From assembly GCA_013239625.1 (NCBI GenBank), contig MU054187.1, positions 22,323,280 to 22,387,279 of the forward strand: a stretch of 64,000 bases of DNA, in the 5' to 3' direction. This document shows, in pieces, positions 26,757 to 39,034 of this stretch. Source of the DNA: Lama guanicoe (taxonomy: Eukaryota). The number at the start of each line of letters is the position of its first letter. The stretch's first letter is position 1. The position numbers were made by a program, and so were the translations under genes. A model generated the notes under the pieces. It worked only from the letters and a program-made list of their open reading frames with translations, was not told where the DNA came from and searched no databases.

Positions 26757-29282
26757 AAAGGAAGCTAATAACTCTAGTTTCTAAGTTCTAGAGCTTCCCA
26801 AATTCTAGTTGCTCCTGAAGACCAGTTGCCTAGATTTTCCTCGAAATACAGCATTATTCTTCCAGCAAGTTCCCCTTTGATTGTTTAAGCACATATGTGT
26901 GGATTTCTGTTACTTAGAGCCAAATCTCTCTAGCAAATAAATATTTGTCCTTTGACATATGTCAGATTTCTTCCATCTGCATCTGGCTGGGGTTGAATGC
27001 AATGTCCATGGCATACCTTACTATGAGCTGATTAAGGACTTGAAGAGTAAAGAATTAGAAAGCTCTGACTTAAGTACTGCCTCAACCACTTCCTAGTTGT
27101 GGGCTTATGGACAATTTATTGACTGTCAAGGTTTCAATTTCCTTTCCTTTGTAAGGGGAGATATGGAAAATATAGACACTAAAATTCCAGTTAAATGTTT
27201 AGCACTTAAGTTATTAATGACTATGGTTATTACAGCTTTTGAAAAAGCAAAGGAGCAACTTTTAGGATAACCTATACTTTCCTCTAGGTCTTTTCCTCTT
27301 TCTCATCATGTATTAGATTTTTATAGAGGAGATAAAGGAATTAATACAATGTAAGGTTATAATAGCCAGACAGGTAATGAATATCCTTGGTCTTGAACTT
27401 AAAAGATGGATGGCCTTCCATATGCAGTCAGCTGCCTATAAACTATCATTTCACTGGTAAAAGTGTCCCTTAGAATTTAGTTATACTTAAAGCTTATTTA
27501 GCAAATTAACAATCCTAGCATATGCTGAAATTCCTCCAGTGCTTGTCTACTGCTAGCTGGTTTTGAAAAATTCTGTGATAGTTTATAGGTTGGCAAATTT
27601 TGTTAATCTGTTTTCAGCAGAGAAAAATCTCCTAGCAATGAAACATTTCTGGCAATGGGACAAGATGAAATCGGCACAAATAGAAGCCAAAGATATCTCT
27701 TCTGTCTTTGAAAGAGAGAGAGACAAAATGAGAGAAAAAGAAAGTTTTGCTCATAGTGCTAGCCTCTCAAATTGTAGTTGCTCATTTAATCGTGAAAGAG
27801 TAATCTCTTGTAGCTTTCTTTTCTCAATACCTCACTTTTAACTTCAGTGCAGACTGCCTTTCCTCTTATGCTCAAAGTTCACCAGTTTCTGATCAGCCCT
27901 CCTACTCCTCAGTTTCTGAAGCATTTCGCCATACTGATTACACTCTCTTTTGGAAAAATATAGTGATTTTCTTTTTATAATTCTCTGAACTTCCTCTGGC
28001 TTCTTCATTGGCTGTTCTTTCACCTATCACCTAAAAGTTGGCATCCCCCAGTCATCTGTCCCCAATCCTATGCCATTTTGTTCTACCTCTTTCTGGGTTC
28101 TTGGTTTAGTCATCATATCTGTTGTCAAGCCCATCAGATGGACACCGTTTTTCAGTCACCCAACATTGCATGCCATGTCTTATATGCACCTGCACACTTC
28201 TGGTCTCCGTAGCTTCACTCATACTTTCCTACTGCTGGAATTTGTTTGGTTTCAATTCAAATTGCTACCTTTACTTTGCCACAACAAAAGGTGACCTTCC
28301 CTTCTACTGAATTTCCATAGTAATGACATTGTTCCTTGATGGCCGCTTATTAAATGCTATCATGCCATTATTTGTTCATAAAGCACAGAGTTATAGTGAT
28401 TTTCAGCTACAGTGCCCATTTTTTCAGATGGAGAAAAAATATGTAAATCCAGAAAGGTAAAGATACTTGCCACAGCTAGCAGGTGGAAGCAGCCAAGCCT
28501 AAATCCAGGGATTGCCTGTTCTACTAGACAGCAAGCCTCTCTTTGGGATAAGGACTACATCTCACTCATCTTAAGACACTAATGCAGGGCTTTAAAATTG
28601 TCAGTGTTTAAAAAACTACCTGCTGATGGAATGATTCAATGAATGGTGGACATATCAGTGACTACAGAGGAGTCCTAAGGTTAAAGGAAACTCTTCTTCA
28701 ATAGTAGAGAGTCTGCCTCATGTTTAAATGGCAAGGAAAAGAACTGATTAAAGGGTTAAAGCTGAGAAAAATGAAATACATGAATGTGAAAGTTTCCTGA
28801 GTTTAGAGAGAAAGGAGATAGGTAGAGTTCAAGGGAAGAGAATGACTGTGAAAATGGAGAGAAAACTTTTGTCCTGGTGTTGAAGGGAAGAGCATTAAAT
28901 CCAGCCTCAGAGCAACCAAGGGTACCTATGATTATTTCTTCTTAAAAACACTCAAGAGCCAAAGCGTGTCACACCGACCCACAACACAAATACAGTCTGA
29001 TGTTGGATTATTCTGGATTCACAGCTTCATGGAAGGGAACAATTTCCACAACCCTGGAGTCCATTAATAGAAAAGAAATTAGATTGACATGGAGGTCCCA
29101 TGTCTGTGGTCCCAGAGAAGCAAGATGAAAAAGAGAAGTTATTCAGTAAAATAAGTACTTTTCAATAAATGTGGGAAAAATTAAAGAGTAGGTGATATGT
29201 GCTAGGCTGGTGTATTCTGATCTGATTTAGAAGTAACAAAGAAGAAAAGAAACATTGAATCATTTATAATAAAAACACATTT

Positions 29283-29428
29283 GGTATCTTGTAGTAACCT
29301 TTAATGAAAAAGATTATGAACATGAATATACGTATATATATGCATGACTGGGACATTGTGCTGCACACCAGAAATTGACACATTGTAACTGACTGCACTT
29401 CAATAAAAATAAATAAATAAATAAAATG
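29283..29428 (+). mobile_element. Short L1 3' end
   Basis: 'tatcttgtagtaacc...gcatgactgggacattgtgctgcacaccagaaattgacac...cttcaataaaa' plus (TAAA)n tail. Confidence 0.85.
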
Positions 29429-29739
29429 AAATACAAAATATAATCAAAGATGTGCATTTCATATTGCATGCATTAAGTCAAGGCTTGAGGTTTTCTTTTT
29501 TTTCTCAACGTATTATTAATTACCTGCTATAAAGGTAACACATCCTCCACCTGAATATGCAACATATCCTGGGAAGATGGCTTCTATAAACTGGGAGGCT
29601 TCTGGAAGCTCAGCATTAAAAAGGTTCTAAAATATGTCTACATTCTGCTTCCCTCCTCTCACCAGCAACACTGCGCCACTGAGGGAATTAAGGCCGAGTA
29701 TGGCCATTTCAGCGTGGTGCTAGTTATCTGAAGCCAAGT

Positions 29740-30130
29740 CACCTCTTTCACACCACGAGGATTCAGAATTCCCACCGTCCGCGGTGCGGCCAGGGCCAGA
29801 CATTTCTTTGGCAGCTTTGGAGCAGAGCAGCTGGGCTAAAACGGCTGGATGCTGCACTCAGCGAGGAGCAGGGCTTGACTGGCCGCTAGCCCTGGCCCCA
29901 GAAGCAAGGCTGGCCAGAGACTCAGGAAAGAGATCAAGTTGCCGAAACATCTCTTGAGAAAATGGTAGTGAGCTCCACGGCATGGGAAGGTCACACGCAT
30001 CTCTGCCCGGCAGAGGGGGCCGTTCGGGGCAGCAGAGCGCAGCCGGCCCGGGTCCACAGGGAGACCCCCGTTGGCGCAGGACTTCGGCACCCCGCCGGGG
30101 GCCACAGAAATGCCTGCTCCGATGACACTA
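29740..30130. promoter_or_regulatory. GC/CpG-rich segment, candidate regulatory element
   Basis: Visible local CpG enrichment (ccgtccgcggtgcggcc, gcgcagccggcccggg, cccgccggggg) in an otherwise CpG-poor window, with no recognised repeat. Confidence 0.35.
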
Positions 30131-30654
30131 ACAGTGAAAAACCTACACCCCAGCAGGATCCAAACGTTCTCTGAAGCTGTATCTTCTTTTTATCCATTGT
30201 AATGGAAGAGTTTAGGAATTGTACATAAATTATAACCTCTAAATTTTCCTGCCTGTATTGCTGGAAAGGATGTTCGTGGATTCCCTGACACAGAAGAGGG
30301 CTTCCCTTTCCGTTCCGCCTTCGTTAAATACAGTCTGTGTTCGGTAATTAACAAAATACATGTGATGCATCCAAGTGAAATAATGTAGGGTCGTTTGGAA
30401 GGGTTTGGATATGACCTATTTTTTAATTATTATCATAATAATGCATTCAGGTGGAAAAAAAGGATTTTGATGAGCTAGAACATGACAGCACGAAGCAGGG
30501 GTTCCCTGCTTGGCTTCTTTCCTTCCCGATACATCCCAGCTCTTCTCTCTGGAAACAACCATTTAAAAACATCTATGGTTTTAGTTCTTTTTGGTAGTTG
30601 CTTCCATAACTGTAAACAATATGAAAACCCTTTTATTCTTTTTGGGGGGGAGCA

Positions 30655-30860
30655 CTTTTTTCCTAAAGTTTAGTTGATCTACAATGTTGTATTTGTTTCT
30701 AATACATAGCATAGAGACTCAGTTATACATATATATATATATCCTTTTTCATATTCTTTTCCATTATAGGTTAGTACAAGCTATTGGATATAGTTCCCTA
30801 TGCTGTACAGTAGGACCTTGTTGTTTATCTCTTCTGTACACAGTAGTTTGTATCTGCCAA
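30655..30860 (-). mobile_element. Short L1 3' end
   Basis: 'tagttgatctacaatgttg...atatagttccctatgctgtacagtaggaccttgttgtttatc'. Confidence 0.85.
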
Positions 30861-31291
30861 ATTTTTGGCAGAAAACACTTTTATTGTTAAATATCTCAGC
30901 TTAAGAAATATCGTCCCAAGGACACTGTGGAATTAGCTCACTTACTATCCTGTCCCGTACTCCACTCTGTCTTCCTCCCATTTTTTATCATCGAGCTTTC
31001 AAGAACCAAAATACTGACCTTTCATCCGGTTCATGGGTACCAGTGAACAAGGTGAGGGAGTGAAAGAGCCGGCAATCTAAGCCTGTCCCCTGCCCAGCCG
31101 TCATTCTGGTCGTCTTATTTTCCTGCTGTGAAATCCAGGGCATCCAGGAAGAACCATGGCTCCCAACCAACAGTGCGCTAACTTTGTAGTGTGTTGGCTA
31201 TGCTGACCTACATTTCCCAAATTTCTCAGCCAGAGTGGACCGTAAGGAAGGTTCTTGTGTGAGATCCAAAGAGCAGAAGTGAAAGCAGTTT

Positions 31292-32779
31292 GTTTTCTTT
31301 TCTTTTCATTTTTTTAATTAAAGTAAAGTCAGCTTACACTGTTGGGTTAATTTCTGGTGTACAGCATAATGATTCATTTATAGCTATTTCTTTTCAAATT
31401 ACTTTTCATTGTGGGCTTGAATACAGTTCACTGCGCTCTACACTAGGACCTTTTTGTTTATCTGTTTTATATATAGTAGTGTGTATCTGCGAATCCCGAA
31501 CTCCCAATTTATCCCTTCCCATCTCCTTTCCCCACTGGTAACCACAGTGTGTTTTCTATGTCTGTGAGTCTGTTTCTGTTTTGTAAATAAGTTCATGTGT
31601 GGTGTCTTTTTTTTTTTTTAAGATTCCATATATAAGTGTTATCATACAGTATTTTTATTTCTTTTCCTGGCTTACTTCACTTAGAATGACCATCTCCAGC
31701 TCCATCCATGTTTGCAAATGGCATTATATTATTATTTTATTGCTGAGCAGTATTTTGTTGTATAAATATACCGCAACTTCTTTATCCACTCATCTGTTGA
31801 TGGACATTTGGGTGGTTTCCATGTCTTGGCTGTTGTAAATAGTGCTGCTATGAACATTGGGATTCATGTATCTTTTTGAATTAGAGTTTCCTTCAGATAT
31901 CTGTCCAAGAGTGGGGTTGCTGGATCATATGTAAGTCTATCCTTAGTTTTTTGAGGAATCTCCATACTGTTTTCCATAATGGCTGCACCAAACTGCATTC
32001 CCACCAGCAGTGTAGGAGGGTTCCCTTTTCTCCACACCCTCTCCAGCATTTATTGTTTATGGACTTTTTAATGATGGGCATTCTGACTGGTGTGAAACGA
32101 TACCTCATTTTAGTTTTGATTTGCATTTCTCTGGTAATCAGCAATATTGAGCATTTTTTCATGTGCCTGTTGGCCATTTGTGTGTCTTCCTTGGAGAAAT
32201 GCTTGTTTAGGTCTTCTGCCCATTTTGGGATTGGGGTGTCTATTTTTTTTGTAATTGAGTTGTATGAGCTTTTTGTGTATTCTGGAAATTAAGCCCTTGT
32301 CAGTCACATAATTTACAAATATTTTCTCCCATTCCGTTGGTTGTCTTTTTCTTTTGTTTATAGTTTCCTTTGCTGTGGGAAAGCATATAAGTTTAATTAG
32401 GTCCCATTGTTTATTTTTGCTTTTATTTCCATTGCCTGGTTAGGCTGCCCTAGGAGAACATTGCTAAGATTTATGTCAGAGAATGTTTTTCCTATGATCT
32501 CTTCCAGGAGTTTTGTGGTGTCCTGTCTTATATTTAAGTCTTTAAGCCATTCTGAGTTTATTTTTGTGTGTGGCACGAGGGAGTGTTCTAACTTCATTTA
32601 TTTACATGCTGCTGTCCGTATTTCCCAACACCACTTGCCGAAGAGACAGTCTTTTCTCCATAGTATGTTCTTGCCTCCCTTATCGAAGATTCATTGACCG
32701 TCGGTGTGTGGGTTTATTTCTGGGCTCTGTATTCTGTCCCATTGATCTGTATGTCTGGCGCTGTGCCAGTGCCATGCTG
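31292..32779 (-). mobile_element. ~1.5 kb 5'-truncated L1 with disrupted ORF2 C-terminus
   Basis: Minus-strand ORFs give L1 ORF2 peptides ([22 protein letters not shown], Cys-rich [18 protein letters not shown]) split by stops and frameshifts; 3' UTR and T-rich tail near 31290-31320. Confidence 0.93.
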
Positions 32780-33129
32780 GAACAGCAATTATTTTGATAT
32801 TTCATACTGACAAGGAACCCGTCGTTGATCAAACTCAATCAAGCTCCTTTGAGCCTTCTTCTCAACTAGTCTATCTGTGGTCTTCTCAGCACAGTTTAGC
32901 AAGAATACCCACACCCCGGATATTTAATCAAGTTCCTCTTACTCCGTTTCCCTCCACTGACCCCCTCACTCTGTCCATTGGCTATAATCCTTCAGTTATC
33001 TTTGCTATATTTGTGGTTGAACTCAGTTCTAGATTGAAGTCTCTTTCCCATACTGCAGTAGCTCAAATAAAATAGGTCTTGCCATTTCTAACCAGTGTTC
33101 AGGGCAATTTTTCTTTTACAATATACTTT

Positions 33130-33705
33130 GTGTTATACACAATGGCCCACCCCTTTGCTGTAATTGTCTTGTGTCTGCCAGCTTATCCCATTCGTAAGGG
33201 TGTGACTGAGCCTACCACGGCTCCAGCTTCACCAAGTCCCTCCCCTGGATCCTCCAGCTTCTGGCTCTGGTGTGTGTGTTTAGTTCCATCAGGAAGGGCC
33301 CCGACATCTGTGAGATACCCACACCATCAAGGTGAGTGGTTATAAAAACTGACACAGATTTCAGTCCACCCCTGTGGGCTCCAGGTTGTTCTTGCTCTCC
33401 TGCTCTTTGACGTCCATCATCCCTTCTGTGTGACCTGAACTTCAACTTCCCAGCATCAGTCTTGAGGACAACAGCCTTAATAGAGCTACTTAATCAGCTC
33501 CCGCAATTGCATTAAGCCAAATCTCTATAACAAACAAATCCTTTTAATTTTTGTAGGTATGTATTTGGATAGAGCTAGAAATAGAGATTTAGATATAGAT
33601 ACAGATAAAGATATAGAGATAGATGTAACTATAGAGGTAGATAATATAGGTAGATAGACAAAGCTATAGATACAAATTCCCAGTGTTTCTGCTGCCCTAA
33701 TTGAT
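33130..33705 (+). mobile_element. ERVL MLT2-like LTR remnant with (TAGA)-like low-complexity tract
   Basis: 'gaacttcaacttcccagc...ccgcaattgcattaagccaaatctctataacaaac' and a purine/TA-rich tract at ~33560-33670. Confidence 0.5.
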
Positions 33706-34373
33706 GCAGGCAGCAGAAAGCGACACCATGTCATACATCCCTGATCCAAGAGTATTCAGGTATGTCTGAGATGCTGAAAAAACAAGAGACTTGGGCTGGG
33801 ACATCAACCCCCATTTCTGGCTTTCTCAGGACTATCAGAGATTCTCCAGACTAAGGGGAAGCCCTTTTTGAAACAGTGCCCCTACTCTAAGGGGGGTATT
33901 CTTGGAGATTCTATGTGGGGCTACTGCGTCAAAGGGGAAAATGTGTAAGTCATCCAATATTAGACTCAACAGCACAGCTCCTCCACTGCCCAGAGAATTA
34001 TCTTCCACACGGCACGTGGGTGAGCTCAGTCCTTGGACAGAAACTCTGGAAAGCTAAATGAAGATCTGCCACGCCGATGCCTGCTGACAGATGACTTAAG
34101 AAACAGGAGATTAGGAAGAGCAGAGAGGAGACATTTGAAAGACATTAAGTTTTACAGCGAGATGCTACCCTGAAGGCTTTACAGTGTTATTCCCTTTTAT
34201 CTTTATTTTTCTATAATTGCCCTACTTAGAGAAGATCTGTCATGATGGCAGACCTAAAGGTGTCGGTCTCATTGACTGTCTGTCATTGACTCAATTGTAC
34301 AGATGTGCAAAAAGAGGCTTACAGAAGTGAATGCACTTGTTCAACCCATATGCCCCGCATCCTGTGTTACTAC

Positions 34374-34851
34374 TGTGACTGAAATAAATGCACAGCCTAA
34401 AAATTGAGAGTTCTGTTTTATTTGGCAGGAGGACTGGAGCCAGGATGACAGCCTCTCAGATCTCCCTGAGGGGCTGCTCCCAAGAGGCAGAGGAGGAGCT
34501 AGGATACATAGGGGCTTTACAACAGAGACCAGGTAGTTGGAACAATGAAAGATTACTTGTTATCTAAAGAAAACCAGGCATCTCAAGTTAAACAATTTAG
34601 TCCTTTTCTGCGTATGGGAGGAAGCAAACATGTGGGCTCATTGAATTCATTCCTTTGACAAGCACCTGGCTACCTAGGGCCGGTGTCCTGTCCTTTCTCG
34701 TTCTGAGTCCCCTCAGGGGGCACCACTGTGAGTGGCTTCAGAGGCCAGGCTGAGGGCTTGTCTTCACTGGGGGGTGGCAGCAGCCGCTGATGACTTGATG
34801 GCTTCAGCGTTCTTTGTTTACCGATATGGTTTGCAGTAGTTTTCGTTCACA
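34374..34851 (-). mobile_element. Solo LTR (ERV1 class)
   Basis: Intact TG...CA termini (tgtgac...ttcaca), perfect 4-bp TSD CTAC (34370-34373, 34852-34855), minus-strand AATAAA near the left end. Confidence 0.88.
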
Positions 34852-34986
34852 CTACAAAGTCCATGATCTTAATGTGTAAACTCTACTTTTTGTAGCCTTG
34901 ATTTTTAAAAATAAATATATTAGCCACAATGTCAGATTGAGGGTCCCCACGTGTCAGCTCTTCTTCCATAAAAGCTGCAAAACACA

Positions 34987-35123
34987 GGGGGAGGGTGTAG
35001 CCCAGTGGTAGTGCATGAGGTCCTGGGGTCAATCCCCAGTACCTCAATTAAAAATAAATAAATAAACCTAATTACCTACCCCACCCCCCCAAAAAAAACA
35101 AAGCAAGAAAAAAAGTTTTTTTT
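34987..35123 (+). mobile_element. tRNA-derived camelid-type SINE with an internal deletion in the head
   Basis: Head plus 'aaataaataaacctaattacc...ccccc' tail; TSD aaagctgcaaaa(c/t)ac at 34971-34985 and 35124-35138. Confidence 0.9.
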
Positions 35124-35944
35124 AAAGCTGCAAAATACTGAAAAGTTTGTCAAAAATCAACTTTCTTTGTACTTTAGAAACTAACCCAAGACCTACAACG
35201 ATGGAGGGAGAATTCATCCAAGAAAAACTTCTGAACTTCAATTAGAATAATTGTTTGTGGGATTTTAAACTTGGCCTTCTCCCATTTTCCTTTCACCAGC
35301 TCCAAACTAGCCTCGAAAACCAGCAGCCCTGAAATCAGGTAGCTGTGAAATGAACAGTGCTGTGGTCACTGGAAAGAGGCAAACCAGGAGCTCCTCAAAG
35401 GTCATTATCCCCAGAGCATTCTTCTCATTGGACATGTCTCTTGGCTCCTTGAAAAAACCCCACATGCAGGGCTTGGAAAAATCCCTATCTGCAGAGTGTT
35501 TACCTCAAACAGTCAACTGCAATTGTTCAACACGGTGGCAGCCGGTGGCAGCCAGAGGCAGCGACGCCAGTTTAGTGGGGGAGGAGGGATCTCAGCCTAA
35601 AATTTAAAAGGAAGAGCTGGAGGAAGAGATGTCCAGAAGGTCCTTTGGAAAGCATTGATATTTTGCTGAATATCTAGAAGGCCATGTGCACACTCAGGGC
35701 TGTATAAATGCCCCAATCTCTCATCTCTGATGGACACTGAGGTCCTGTGAAAACAGGAAATGAAGCTTAAGTTAGACTAAAAATTCCCCTGAGCAGGGCC
35801 TCACCCCATACAGAGAGCTCCTTGGCAAAGAGTCAAAGACTTACTGTTCCAAGCATTTATTTATGGAAATCTCTGATTAGTCATTAGCTCACTACAGAGC
35901 CCACCTAATAGAGAATTCGGTGGCTGTGCACTGTGACATGGACT

Positions 35945-36225
35945 GTGTTCCTTGCTCAGGGCTGCTGTAGCCAAGTACCAAAACTGGGTGCCTTAAAACA
36001 ACAGAAACTTATTGTTTCATTGTTCTGGAGGCTAGAAATCCAAAATCAAGATCTCAGCAGGGCCACACTCTCTCCGACAGCTCTAGGTGAGAATCCTCTC
36101 TCATCTTGACTAGCTTCTGGTGATTTCTGGCACTCCATAGCATTTCTTGGTTTGTAGATGCAAGACTCCAGTTACATGCTCTTTTGCCCCTGTGTCTTCA
36201 TATATTCTCTTTCCTCTGTGCTGTT
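35945..36225 (-). mobile_element. MaLR LTR (MLT1-like)
   Basis: 'agggctgctgtagccaagtacca...ttaaaacaacagaaacttatt...ttctggaggctagaaatccaaaatcaag'. Confidence 0.8.
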
Positions 36226-36564
36226 CTTGCATCCTCATGAGTCACATAAATTTTTGTTGAAATTGGGCATTTAAGATAATATAAGTGTGGCGACTCTGGA
36301 AATCAGGTCCTTCCTCCACAAAGTTTGTTGTTGTTATTGCTGCTAGGATGTGTATGTGTGTTTAATCATCTTCCAGGACTAATTCTATAAAGTTTATGTT
36401 ACGGGTTGAATTCTCTCGCTCCAAAAGACAATTTTAAGTTCTAATACCTGGTACCTCAGAATGTGAAATTATTTGAAAATAGACTCTTTACAGAGGCAGT
36501 CATTTAAAATGAAGTCATTAGGGAGGGCCCTAATCCAATATGGCTAGTGTTCTTTCAAATTGAT

Positions 36565-39030
36565 TTAAAAAAAACAAACGAGCCCCAAGTAGAATACACT
36601 TAAGTAGGTCCACACCCTAGCACATTATATTGAAATTTAGAAAGACATAAACAAGGAGAATCTTGAAAGCAACAAGAGAAAACAATTCATATGAAATTCT
36701 CAGTAAGATTGACACTAACTTCTCATTGGACAATAATGAGAAGTATTAATAAGTATTAAAAAGTAAAGCATTAGTAAATAAATATTAATAAATTTAAATG
36801 GATTTAAATGGAATACAAGTGGAATTAAATTAGAAATCAAAAATATAAGGCATCTACAGTAATCAAAGCTGTGTGGTATTGGCAAAGGAGTAGACAAACA
36901 GATCAAAGGAGAATGGAAATCCCAGAAATAGACCCACACAAATATAGTCAACTGGTCTTTGACAAAGGAGGAAAGGTAATTCAATGGAAAAAATAGACTC
37001 TTTTCAACAAATCGTAAAAAAAAAAAAAAATCGTGCTGAACAACTAAACATCCAAATGCAAAAAAATGAATCCAGACACAGACCATACTCCTTTTACAAA
37101 AATTAACTCGAAATGGATCATAGACCTAGATGTAAAACACAAAATGACACAACTATTAAAGACAACATAAGAAAAAAAATTGACGTAACCTTTGGTTTAG
37201 TGACACTTCTTAAATACAACACCAAATGTACAATCTGTCAAAGAAAAACTTGATGCATCAGACTTTTACTAAATTTTAAAACTTCAGTTCTGCAAAGACA
37301 TTGTTAAGAGAATGAAAAGGCAAGCCACAGCCTGCAAGAAAGTATTTGCAAATCACATATCCGATAAGGAACCCAAAATATAGAAAGAACTCTTAAAACT
37401 TAGCAGTAAGAAAGCAAACAACCCAACTAAAAAATGAGCAAAAGAACTGATCAGATACCGTATCGGATAAGATATATGGAGATAGCAAGTAAGCATACGA
37501 AGAGATGCACCACATCATATGGCATTAGTGAAGTGCAAATTAAAGTAACCCTACACAGCTGTCGGAAAGGCTGAAATCCCTGAGGACAGCACTGACAGCA
37601 CCAAAGGCTGGGAAGGATTTGGTGGGGCAGTGAGGACTCTCACTTATAGCTGGTGGGAATGTGAAAATTGTATGTCTACATTGGAAGACAATTCAGCAGT
37701 TTCTTAAAAAAGCTACACGTTGGCTTAGCGTATGATCCAGCAACTGCACTCCTTGGAATTTTCCCAAATGAGTTGAAACCTTACCTCCACACAAAAAACC
37801 ACACACGATGTTTTATTCAGAACTTACTAAAACTTGGAGGCAACCAAGATGTGCTTCAAGGGTGAAAGAACAGACAAACTGATATGTTCATAAAATGCTA
37901 TCATGTGGCATACAATGGAATATTATTCAGCAACGAAAAGAAATGATGAGAAGACATGGAGAAACCTTAAATGTATATTGTTAAGAGATAAAAATAAAAA
38001 AAACTACATACTACATGATCCCAACTACATGTCTGCTGAGAATTTAGCTAAGCTGCTCCACGGTATTGCTGCCTTGGCATCCATTTTCTCTGACCAGGAA
38101 ACTTGCAGGGGCCTTAAACTGACATTAGACCCTCATGCAAGCGCATTCCCCAGATAACAGCCTTCAGGGTCACAAATAAATGTCACTTCCTGGTTTGACT
38201 TCCCCAACAGCCCTTGTGATAAGCAGTCACCCCTCCCTCCAGGGTCTTCCCCTTGCAAACCCCTTAGGTAAGACAGCTGGCGGAGCCCACTCTTTTGGTG
38301 TGAATTGATCAATGTGGCTTAGCCTGGGAACCCTAAGGCACTCCACCCATGGACCTTAATAAAGGCACATGCCCCACGTCCTGTTCATCTCTCTGCCTAC
38401 ATCCTGCCTTGATCTCCCCCACGGAGTCCCTTGGCGTATGCTGTGTACTTCCTCCAGGACTGAGAAAAATAAATTCTCTATTTCAATTCTCTTGTGGTCT
38501 TTTGTTGAACCAGAGCTCACCATCTGTCACCCTAGGACTCTACTTAACAAAAGCTAATTTAACAAAGTCACAACAATGATGTTCTGGAAAAGGCCAAATT
38601 ACTGAGACAGTAAAAAGATAAGTGACTTCCAGGGATTTGGAGGGAGGAAAGAATGAGTGAACAGATGTTGTACAGGTAATTTTGGGGCAGTAGGATACTG
38701 TAATGGTGGATGCATTTGTAGAAACCCATAGGATGTACAACACAGAGTGAACCTTAATGTAAACATGGACTTTAGTTAATAACAATGTATCAATCTTGGC
38801 TCATCAAGTGTATTTATTACACTTGATCTAGCAATTGCTGGATCATCAAGTGTTTAGCATTGCACAACATATTAACAAGATGTTAGTAACAGGGGAAACT
38901 GTGTAGACAGGGTGGAGGGGAGTGGTGGTGGGCAGAGGGGATATGTGGGAACCCCCTCCTCTGTACTTTCCATTTAATTTTTCTGTAAACTAAAACTACT
39001 CTAAAAAATAAAGTCTATTAATTTAAAAAA
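36565..39030 (+). mobile_element. Fragmented old L1 (L1MC-like), ORF1/ORF2 remnants to 3' end, interrupted by an LTR
   Basis: L1 ORF2-type sequence ('ccagaaatagacccacacaaatatagtcaact', 'acaaaaattaactc') and the same 3' UTR type as 1-722, ending 'aaaaataaagtctatt'. Confidence 0.85.
38030..38575 (+). mobile_element. Solo LTR (ERVL, MER54/MER74-like) inserted into L1MC
   Basis: TG...CA termini; it splits the L1 motif 'atgatcccaacta(c/t)at|gac(a)ttctggaaaa' that is uninterrupted at ~304-332; internal AATAAA. Confidence 0.75.
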
Positions 39031-39034
39031 AGGT

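Noticed and set aside
31864..32597. Active L1 ORF2 or a domesticated gene
   Set aside because: Only the C-terminal part is present, broken across several frames and 5'-truncated.
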